Part shown: positions 23,933 to 30,908 of the stretch, piece after piece
How positions within the stretch are numbered: the first letter of the stretch is position 1
Layout of the letters: every line of letters begins with the position of its first letter
Origin: Candidatus Karelsulcia muelleri
Lineage (GTDB): Bacteria; Bacteroidota; Bacteroidia; Flavobacteriales; Blattabacteriaceae
Assembly (NCBI RefSeq): GCF_022985615.1
Contig: NZ_CP094965.1
Span: 120,001 to 152,000, forward strand
DNA length: 32,000 nucleotides
Direction: 5' to 3'
Program-made: the position numbers and the translations under genes
The notes under the pieces: model-generated
The model's database searches: none
What the model saw: the letters and a program-made list of their open reading frames with translations, nothing else
Told to the model about the DNA's origin: nothing

Positions 23933-25414
23933 TTAAGATTTTAAACGCATTTGTGGAAAAAATAAGACCTCCTGAATATTTCTTTGATTAGTAAATAACA
24001 TGATTAAACGATCAATCCCAAAGCCTATACCACTACAAGGAGGCATACCATATTCTAATGAAAGAATAAAGTCTTTATCTATTAACATATTTTCAGATTC
24101 AACTTTATTATATAATTTAATTTGTCTTTTAAATCTCTTGAATTGATCAATTGGATCATTTAATTCTGAATAAGAATTCGCTATTTCAACACCATTAATT
24201 ATTAATTCATATCTTTCAGATAAACCATTTTTAAAGCGATGTTTTTTAGCTAATGGACTCATTTCAAGGGGAAAATCAATTATAAAAGTTGGTTGAATAA
24301 TTTTTTTTTCACATTTTTGACTGAATATTTGATCGAGAAGTTGTCCTTTTTTCATCTTATTATCAATCTTCACATTTATTTCCTTACATATTTTTCTAAT
24401 TTCAGTTTCAATAAGATTACTTAGGTCAAATCCAGTATAAATTTTAATAGCTTCAAAAAAAGTAATTTTTTTAAAGGGTGAAATCAAATGAAGAGATTGT
24501 TTGCCTACTTTGGCAAATTTTAAACAAATTTTTTGTAAAAACTTTTCAGTAAATTTCATCATCCAATAATAATCTTTATAGGCTACATATAATTCTAGAA
24601 TTGTAAATTCTGGATTATGATTTTTATCTATCCCCTCGTTTCTAAAATTTCTAGAAAATTCATAAACTTTTTCTAAACCTCCAACTAGTAATTTTTTTAA
24701 ATATAATTCATTGGAAATTCTTAAATAGAATGTACTTTTTAAGGTATTATGATATGTAATAAATGGTCTGGCAATAGCACCACCCGGAATGGCTTGTAAA
24801 ATAGGAGTTTCAACTTCTAAATAATTTCTTTTATTTAAATAATTTCTTATAAAACTTATAATTTTAATACGTGTAAAAAATACAGTTTTAATTTCGTCAT
24901 TAACGATCAAATCAACATATTTCATTCTATGTCGTTTTTCATTATTAGAAAAAGAATCAAAAGTATTTCCCGATTTATCTTTTTTTACGTTTGGTAAAGT
25001 ATGTAGACATTTAGATAATAAATTTATTTTTTTTGCATATACAGAAATTTGGTTATTTTTAGTTTTGAATAAATAACCTTTCAACCATATTATATCTCCG
25101 ATATCTAAAAGTTTTTTTAAAAACAAATTGTATATATTTTTGCCAGTATAAAAATTATTTATGGATATATAAATTTGTATCAAACCTTCTTTATCTTTTA
25201 TTTCAATAAAAGAAGCCTTTCCCATTATTCTAATTCTAATAATTCTACCAGCAACAATAACCTTTTTATTTTTTTTGTAATTATTAATTATTTTTTTTGA
25301 ATTAGAATTTATTGGATATTCTTCAGAAGGATAAGGATTAATATTTATTTTGTTTAATTTTTTAAGCTTTTTTATTCTAATCAAATTTTGGTCATAAATA
25401 CGCAAATTTCTCAT
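23933..25414 (-). CDS. lysS: lysine--tRNA ligase (class II)
   Basis: 493-aa ORF with an OB-fold N-domain (VIVAGRIIRIRIMGKASFIEIKD..G.IQIYI). Class II motifs are present: FLEVETPILQAIPGGAIARPF, RNFRNEGID..HNPEFT.LE and GIGFGIDRLIMLFT. Confidence 0.95.
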   Translation of the reverse strand: MRNLRIYDQNLIRIKKLKKLNKININPYPSEEYPINSNSKKIINNYKKNKKVIVAGRIIRIRIMGKASFIEIKDKEGLIQIYISINNFYTGKNIYNLFLKKLLDIGDIIWLKGYLFKTKNNQISVYAKKINLLSKCLHTLPNVKKDKSGNTFDSFSNNEKRHRMKYVDLIVNDEIKTVFFTRIKIISFIRNYLNKRNYLEVETPILQAIPGGAIARPFITYHNTLKSTFYLRISNELYLKKLLVGGLEKVYEFSRNFRNEGIDKNHNPEFTILELYVAYKDYYWMMKFTEKFLQKICLKFAKVGKQSLHLISPFKKITFFEAIKIYTGFDLSNLIETEIRKICKEINVKIDNKMKKGQLLDQIFSQKCEKKIIQPTFIIDFPLEMSPLAKKHRFKNGLSERYELIINGVEIANSYSELNDPIDQFKRFKRQIKLYNKVESENMLIDKDFILSLEYGMPPCSGIGFGIDRLIMLFTNQRNIQEVLFFPQMRLKS

Positions 25415-25421
25415 TAAAAGA

Positions 25422-25453
25422 ATATTAAGACCTTGAAATATTAAGACCTTGAA
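25422..25453. repeat. perfect 16-bp tandem duplication covering the 3' acceptor end of tRNA-Arg
   Basis: ATATTAAGACCTTGAA occurs twice back to back. Copy 2 contains the tRNA 3' acceptor strand (GACCTTG on the + strand). Copy 1 repeats it in the lysS-tRNA spacer. Confidence 0.9.
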
Positions 25454-25517
25454 GGGAGTTGAACCCTTACTCTTCTGATCCGTAGTCAGATGCTTTATCC
25501 AATTAAGCTACAAGGCC
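25444..25517 (-). tRNA. tRNA-Arg (anticodon ACG)
   Basis: The reverse complement GGCCTTG TA GCTT AATTGGATA AAGC A TCTGA CTACGGA TCAGA AGAGT AAGGG TTCAACT CCCTT CAAGGTC T folds as a 74-nt cloverleaf with anticodon ACG. Confidence 0.85.
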
Positions 25518-25640
25518 AAGGAGAGCTAGGGAAAAGGTTTCTAAATATAGACTTTCATAAAAAATAAAAAGTTAAAATACTACTTAGTAGTTAATTAGAA
25601 GTCTAGATTTAGATATTAAGAAAGAAAGAAAGAAAAAAAA

Positions 25641-26630
25641 ATGAAACCAATTACCAATGAAATATATTTGAAATGGTATAAAGATATGTCGTTTTGGAGA
25701 AAATTTGAAGAAAAATGCCGATCATTATATTTAAAACAAAAAATAAGTGGCTTTCTCCATTTATATAGTGGTCAAGAGGCTATACCTGCCGGTATTACTT
25801 ATGTGATGAATCTAAAAAAAGATAATATGATTACAGGGTATAGATGTCATATACTTGCTTTATCTATGGGAATAGACCCAAAAAAGGTTATGGCAGAATT
25901 ATTTGGAAAAAAAACTGGAACTTCTTGTGGTTTAGGTGGATCGATGCATATATTTAGTAAAAAATATCGATTTTATGGTGGATATGGAATTGTAGGGGGA
26001 CAAATACCATTAGGAGCAGGTATCGCCTTTGCTGATAAATACTTTAATAGAGAAGCAGTGACGGTGACGATTATGGGAGATGGTGCTATTTGGCAAGGGG
26101 CTTTACATGAAACCTTCAATATGTCCGTAATTTTAAAATTACCAGTAGTTTATATCTGCGAAAACAATAAATACGCAATGGGAACTTCAGTTAAAAAAAG
26201 TTCTTGTATTAAAAATATTTTCCAACTTGGATTATCATACAATATGCCCTCTAAATCAGTAGACGGCAGTAGCCCATTTAAAATTGCTAAAGCAGTTGAC
26301 AAAGCTATTCAAAGAGCTAAAACTGGAAAAGGACCTACTTTTTTAGAAATATTAACTTACAGATTCAGAGGCCATTCAATGTCTGATCCTGAAAGTTATA
26401 GAACAAGAGCTGAAGTAATAGAACAGAAAAAAAATGATCCAATTTTAAAAATTAAAAACAAAATATTAGAAAGAAAAATTATGACTAAAAAGTTATTAAA
26501 AGCCTTGGATTTAGAATTAATAAAAAAAATAGATGAATGTGTTGTATTTGCAGAAAATTCTGATTATCCACCCCAAAAAACTAGGTTTAATGTGGTTTAT
26601 TCTCAAAAAAAATATCCTTTTTTAAAATAA
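25641..26630 (+). CDS. pdhA: pyruvate dehydrogenase E1 component, alpha subunit
   Basis: 329-aa ORF. LHLYSGQEAIPAGI, GKKTGTSCGLGGSMH, the thiamine-diphosphate block MGDGAIWQGALHETFNMSVILKLPVVYICENNKYAMGT, and YRFRGHSMSDP are all present. Confidence 0.93.
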   Translation: MKPITNEIYLKWYKDMSFWRKFEEKCRSLYLKQKISGFLHLYSGQEAIPAGITYVMNLKKDNMITGYRCHILALSMGIDPKKVMAELFGKKTGTSCGLGGSMHIFSKKYRFYGGYGIVGGQIPLGAGIAFADKYFNREAVTVTIMGDGAIWQGALHETFNMSVILKLPVVYICENNKYAMGTSVKKSSCIKNIFQLGLSYNMPSKSVDGSSPFKIAKAVDKAIQRAKTGKGPTFLEILTYRFRGHSMSDPESYRTRAEVIEQKKNDPILKIKNKILERKIMTKKLLKALDLELIKKIDECVVFAENSDYPPQKTRFNVVYSQKKYPFLK

Positions 26631-26647
26631 AAGTCCAAGTAACAAAA

Positions 26648-27742
26648 ATGGCAGAGATAATTTACATGCCACGTTTAAGTGATACTATGAAAGAAGGTAC
26701 AATAGTAAAATGGTATAAAAAAGTAGGAGAAAAAGTATTAAATGGAGAAATTTTAGCAGAAATAGAAACAGATAAAGCTATTCAAGAATTTGAATCCGAA
26801 TATAAGGCTACTCTTCTCTATATAGGAGTTAAAGAAGGAGAAAAAGCAAAAGTAAATGATATTTTGGCTATTATGGGTGAAAGAAATGAAAATATAGATT
26901 ATTTAATAAAGAAGAATAAGAATAAAAAAATTTTAGTATCCCCATTAGCAAAAAAAATAGCTTTAGAAAAAGGTATCAAATTAAAAACCTTAAAAGGAAG
27001 TGGACCAAAAAACAGAATTGTTAAAAAAGACATAATAAAAAGTATCAAAACAAAAAATAATAAAAAATATAAAATTAAAAATATTTCTAATATAAGGAAA
27101 ATCATTAGTGAACGCTTATTAAAATCAAAAAAGATTTCTCCACATTATTATTTATTTATCGAAATTCCTGCAGATAATTTAATAAGATTTAAAAAATATA
27201 TTAATAAAAAATATACTAGTAAAATTTCTTTTAATGATTTAATAGTGAAAGCTACTGCTTTATCACTTAAAAAAAATCAAAAAATAAATTCTTCATTGAA
27301 GAAAGAAAGGATTATATATCACAAAGATATTAATATAGGTATTGCTGTTTCCTTACCGGAAGGACTAATTGTACCGGTAATAAATACCGTGGAAAAAAAA
27401 TCTTTAATAAAAATTTCCAAAGAAATAAAAGAAAAAATAAAAAGATATAGAAATAAAAAAATTTCTAACAATGAATTAGAAGGAAGTACTTTTACAATTT
27501 CTAATTTAGGTATGTTTGGGATAGATTGTTTTACTTCTATAATAAATCAACCTAATTCGAGTATTTTATCAGTAGGAAGTATTCAAAGAAAACCTATAGT
27601 TGATAAAAACAAAATAAAAATAGGAAATACTATTAAATTTACTTTAGCTTGTGATCATAGAATTATAGATGGTGTAATAGGTAGTACCTTTTTACTTACT
27701 TTAAAAGAATACTTATTAGAACCAATTACTATGTTAATTTAA
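26648..27742 (+). CDS. dihydrolipoamide acyltransferase (2-oxoacid dehydrogenase E2 component)
   Basis: The lipoyl domain (MPRLSDTMKEGTIVKWYKKVGEKV..GEILAEIETDKAIQEFES), the E3/E1-binding domain (VSPLAKKIALEKGIKLKTLKGSGPKNRIVKKDI) and the catalytic domain with LACDHRIIDGVIGSTFL are all present. It lies directly downstream of pdhA. Confidence 0.92.
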   Translation: MAEIIYMPRLSDTMKEGTIVKWYKKVGEKVLNGEILAEIETDKAIQEFESEYKATLLYIGVKEGEKAKVNDILAIMGERNENIDYLIKKNKNKKILVSPLAKKIALEKGIKLKTLKGSGPKNRIVKKDIIKSIKTKNNKKYKIKNISNIRKIISERLLKSKKISPHYYLFIEIPADNLIRFKKYINKKYTSKISFNDLIVKATALSLKKNQKINSSLKKERIIYHKDINIGIAVSLPEGLIVPVINTVEKKSLIKISKEIKEKIKRYRNKKISNNELEGSTFTISNLGMFGIDCFTSIINQPNSSILSVGSIQRKPIVDKNKIKIGNTIKFTLACDHRIIDGVIGSTFLLTLKEYLLEPITMLI

Positions 27743-28255
27743 TTTAGTAAGTAATCTTTTTTTGTTTTTAGGAATCTTTTTTAAGAACTCTATTCCATTA
27801 TTTTTAAATTCGAAAATAATGTTTTTAATACCATTTGTAAGAACGAGATATTGGCTTTTGAATCTCAAATAATATTTCATTATTTGATCAAAAGATTTAG
27901 ATGAAATCTTTACTTCAGGAGATTTACATTCAACCATTATAAATGGTCTTTTTTTTTTAAGAACTAGAATATCTATCCGATTTTTAATATTATAAAAAGT
28001 TGAATGGAATTCGACATATATTTCATGAACATTATAGCCTCTATTTTTTATTAGATAATAAATTATCTTTTGTCTCACTAATTCTTCTTTAGTTAAAAGA
28101 TAATATTTTTTTCTAATTAAGCAAAAAACGTACATTTTACCGTTAAATGTTTTTATCTTATTTTTTATATTACATTTATTCAATAGCTTGTAATTTCTTT
28201 TTTTTATATGATTATGATTAATCTTACAAATATTAAAATTAAAGAAATTAAACAA
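27734..28255 (-). CDS. HsdR_N-like (PD-(D/E)XK fold) domain protein of unknown function
   Basis: 173-aa ORF. LTKEELVRQKIIYYLIKNRGYNVHEIYVEF....NRIDILVLKKKRPFIMVECKSPEV....DQIMKYYL....YLVLTNG fits the pattern of type I restriction enzyme R-subunit N-terminal-domain-only proteins (E..VRQ...yL......i.vE.....R.Di.v......p.l.vECK......Q...Y.......tNG). The start is uncertain because the first 48 nt overlap the holA 5' end. Confidence 0.65.
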   Translation of the reverse strand: MFNFFNFNICKINHNHIKKRNYKLLNKCNIKNKIKTFNGKMYVFCLIRKKYYLLTKEELVRQKIIYYLIKNRGYNVHEIYVEFHSTFYNIKNRIDILVLKKKRPFIMVECKSPEVKISSKSFDQIMKYYLRFKSQYLVLTNGIKNIIFEFKNNGIEFLKKIPKNKKRLLTKLN

Positions 28256-29062
28256 ATTTCTCTTTTTATAGGTGAAGAAGAATATCTTATAAAAGAATAT
28301 ATAGAAGAGATAGAGAATCTTTTAAAGAACAGGATTCTAAATATATTATAGAAGTAAAAGAAGAAGATAGAATAACCAATATTTTACACTCTTACTCTAT
28401 TTAAAGAATATAAGTTAATTATTCTTAAAAATTCGTAAGATCTAAATCTAAGCTTAGATAACTTAGAAAAATTACTAAAAAAGACCTCGAAAAGAAATAT
28501 TTTCATTTTTTGTATTAATTTCGTAATTCACTCACGAAATTTATAATTTTATAATTTTATTAAAAAAAACACAAATAACAACATAGAAATTATAAATAAT
28601 AAAAAATTAACTTTTGGTGAAATTTTGTATTTAGTAAAAAGAAAAATAAAAAAAATAGGCTTAAAGATAAATGAAATAACAGTAAAAAAAATGATACAAT
28701 CTGTTGATTCCAATTTATTTATGCTTGAAAATGAGTTAAAAAAAATAAGATTTAATAATATTAATAATATAGCTGACAATTATAATTATAAACTTCTTCA
28801 TAATGAATTTAAAATAATTTTAAAGATGCTTGAAGTCCACCCCCTAACTTTAATCTTAAATAAGATATATAAACTATACTTAGAAAAAGTTATGACTTAT
28901 AATAATAATGAAGAAAAATTTAATAAAATAGCTAATTTAGTTTTTCTGCTAAAAGAAGCAGAGAAAAAAAATAAGAGCTATTTTTTAAAAAAGGAAGAAA
29001 TAATGAAAGAACTAATTTATAAAATATGTCAAATAGAGAAAGAGAAATCTTTGATTGTATAA
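28208..29062 (+). pseudogene. holA: DNA polymerase III delta subunit gene with five in-frame stop codons and no frameshift
   Basis: A single frame (frame 2) reads MIMINLTNIKIKEIKQISLFIGEEEYLIKEYIEEIENLLKNRILNIL*K*KKKIE*PIFYTLTLFKEYKLIILKNS*DLNLSLDNLEKLLKKTSKRNIFIFCINFVIHSRNL*FYNFIKK...KKLTFGEILYLVKRKIKKIGLKINEITVKKMIQSVDSNLFMLENELKKI...*. The stops are TAG 28349 and TAA at 28355, 28373, 28436 and 28544. The layout resembles delta (vYlf.GeE.yli N-terminus, kl.il.n. block, C-terminal ...a...l....g.dl..l.nEleKl). Confidence 0.75.
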
Positions 29063-29967
29063 TTATAGGAGGTGGTCCAGCAGGATATACGGCAGCCATT
29101 TATTTAGCTCGTGCAGAAATAAAACACCTTCTTTTTACAGGCTTTAAACCAGGTGGACAATTGATATCAACTAATAAAATAGAAAATTATCCTGGTTTTC
29201 CTGATGGGATATCTGGTTACAAATTAATGGAATCTTTTAAAGCCCAAAGCGAAAACTTCGGGACTAAGGTAAAAGATAATAGTGTAGTAAAAATTAATTT
29301 TAATATAATAAAAAATTGGCATGAAATTATCTTAGATAATTCTTTAAAAATAAAAACCAAAACACTAATTATAGCGACTGGAGCTTCTCCTAGATATTTA
29401 AATATTGAGAATGAAAAAAAATTAATTGGAAAGGGTATTTATACATGTGCAAATTGTGATGGCTTTTTTTTTAAAGGGAAAAAAGTAGCAGTAATTGGTG
29501 GAGGGGATAAAGCAGCAGAAGAATCTATTTATTTAGCTAATATTTGTAAAAAAGTATATCTAATAATAAGAGATAAAAAAATGAAAGCTTCAAAAATTAT
29601 GCAAAAAAAAGTTTTAAACATTAAAAATGTTGAAATATTTTATTATCATAAAGTTATAAAAATAATTGGAGAAAAAAAAATAAAAGCGATTTTTTGTAAA
29701 AACAGAAAAAATAATAATAATTACTTATTTAAGGTGGCAGCTCTTTTTTTAGCTATTGGGCAAATTCCAAATAGTCTTATTTGTAAACCAAATCTAAAAT
29801 TAGATAAATCTGGATATATAATTACAAAATATACAATTACTAATATTCCTGGAATATTTGCAGCAGGAGATGTGCAAGACACAAGATATCGACAAGCAAT
29901 CACCTCAGCTGGATCTGGTTGTATGTCTGCAATAGAGGTAGAAAAATACCTTATTAAAGTTCAATAA
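29026..29967 (+). CDS. trxB: thioredoxin-disulfide reductase
   Basis: 313-aa ORF. The FAD site is DCIIIGGGPAGYTAAIYLAR, the redox centre is CANCDGFFF, the NADPH site is VAVIGGGDKAAEE, and GIFAAGDVQD follows. Confidence 0.94.
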   Translation: MSNREREIFDCIIIGGGPAGYTAAIYLARAEIKHLLFTGFKPGGQLISTNKIENYPGFPDGISGYKLMESFKAQSENFGTKVKDNSVVKINFNIIKNWHEIILDNSLKIKTKTLIIATGASPRYLNIENEKKLIGKGIYTCANCDGFFFKGKKVAVIGGGDKAAEESIYLANICKKVYLIIRDKKMKASKIMQKKVLNIKNVEIFYYHKVIKIIGEKKIKAIFCKNRKNNNNYLFKVAALFLAIGQIPNSLICKPNLKLDKSGYIITKYTITNIPGIFAAGDVQDTRYRQAITSAGSGCMSAIEVEKYLIKVQ

Positions 29968-29990
29968 CCAACCTTATTAAAGTTCAATAA
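29948..29990. repeat. duplication of the last 20 nt of trxB, including its stop codon
   Basis: ACCTTATTAAAGTTCAATAA lies at 29948-29967 (trxB 3' end plus TAA) and again at 29971-29990, separated by CCA. Confidence 0.9.
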
Positions 29991-30175
29991 AGAATATAAA
30001 AGAAAAAATAAAAGAAAAAATAAATATTAGATACTTTATTAGATACTTAGAAGTTTTCTTTTCTTATCATGGATTAAGTACAAACAAACAAACATAACAA
30101 AGTACAAATAAACAAACAAACATAACATAACATAACATAAGTAAGTAAGTACAAACAAGTAAGTAAAGTACAAAC

Positions 30176-30247
30176 ATTATTTACATTTTTAATTCTTTTA
30201 TTATTTACATTTTTAATTCTTTTATTATTTACATTTTTAATTCTTTT
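30176..30247. repeat. perfect 24-bp tandem repeat x3 (ATTATTTACATTTTTAATTCTTTT)
   Basis: Direct reading: three identical adjacent units in the trxB-ilvC spacer. Confidence 0.9.
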
Positions 30248-30260
30248 TTCTTTTACAAAT

Positions 30261-30471
30261 AGCAGTTAGCTGCTAATCAGCAGTTAGCTGCTTATCAGCA
30301 GTTAGCAGCAGTTAGTTAGCAGCAGTTAGCTGCTAATCAGCAGTTAGCAGCAGTTAGTTAGCAGCAGTTAGCTGCTAATCAGCAGTTAGTTAGCAATCGT
30401 TAGCTAATGCTAATCAATCAATCAGCAAGCAGTTTGCTAATCAATCAATCAGTTAGTTAGCTAATGCTAAG
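30261..30471. repeat. relatively GC-rich minisatellite built from AGCAGTTAGC / TGCTAATC / TTAGC modules, with a 42-bp higher-order unit
   Basis: The region reads as A(AGCAGTTAGCTGCTAATC) A' B(AGCAGTTAGC) C(AGCAGTTAGTTAGC) A B C A C, followed by degenerate variants (..CGTTAGCTAATGCTAATCAATCAATC..). The B-C-A block (42 bp) occurs twice in tandem. All six frames contain stops. Confidence 0.9.
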
Positions 30472-30588
30472 TTTTAATAAGTATTTCTTAAAAAAGATAT
30501 TTATTATTTTATTATTTATTACTTTTATATTAAAAAAAGTTTTTTAGCGATTATTAATAAATTGTTGTAAACTAGGATCTTTATTAGG

Positions 30589-30648
30589 ACTTACTTACTT
30601 GTGTTTACAGTAACTTGTTTTTACAGTAACTTACTTGTGTTTACAGTA
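30589..30648. repeat. three tandem variants of an ACTT(ACTT)GTGTTTACAGTA unit
   Basis: The units are ACTTACTTACTTGTGTTTACAGTA / ACTTGTTTTTACAGTA / ACTTACTTGTGTTTACAGTA. The reverse complement resembles the GTAAGTAAGTACAAACAAGTAAGTAA tract at 30141-30176. Confidence 0.8.
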
Positions 30649-30908
30649 AATTGCCTTCATTTTATTCCAAAGTATTTTTTTTAAAAGCTATTATTTTAAA
30701 TAAATTCTTAAAAAGATCTCTTTTTTAAATTATTATTTTTTAATTATTAATTATTAGAAAGTTTATTTCTATTTCTTATATAAGAAGAGAAAATATATAG
30801 AAATAATTCTGATAATAAGATAAAATATCAATAAACAATTGTAAATAACATTTTTTGTTTTCTTTATAATATTTTTTTCTTTTTCTTTATCTTTTCGTTT
30901 CATTTATC

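Noticed and set aside
27734-28255. Type I restriction-modification or other defence locus
   Set aside because: Only a stand-alone HsdR_N-like domain is present. There is no helicase/ATPase part of HsdR and no hsdM or hsdS, and the neighbours are housekeeping genes.
28208-29062. Stop-codon reassignment or an alternative genetic code as the explanation for the five in-frame stops in holA
   Set aside because: TAA, TAG (for example rplB at 11999-12001) and TGA (for example rsmH at 21794-21796) all terminate the other roughly 50 genes at the expected lengths, and Trp is encoded by TGG. A genome-wide reassignment is therefore not supported. Only local read-through remains conceivable.
30261-30471. 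Possible CRISPR array
   Set aside because: The units are 10-18 bp and directly abutting, with no unique spacers of regular length. There is no leader and no cas genes in the window. The tract behaves as a minisatellite.
30763-30806. Inverted repeat TTATTTCTAT...ATAGAAATAA (with an inner TTCTTATATAAGAA palindrome) as an ilvC terminator
   Set aside because: The stem is entirely A/T-rich, lies about 100 nt beyond the ilvC stop and has no convincing U-tract context. Such 10-bp inverted repeats are expected by chance at this base composition.
29968-30908. Insertion sequence, MITE or prophage remnant
   Set aside because: There is no transposase or integrase ORF in any frame. There are no clean terminal inverted repeats with target-site duplications. 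The inverted similarity I see is short and imperfect.
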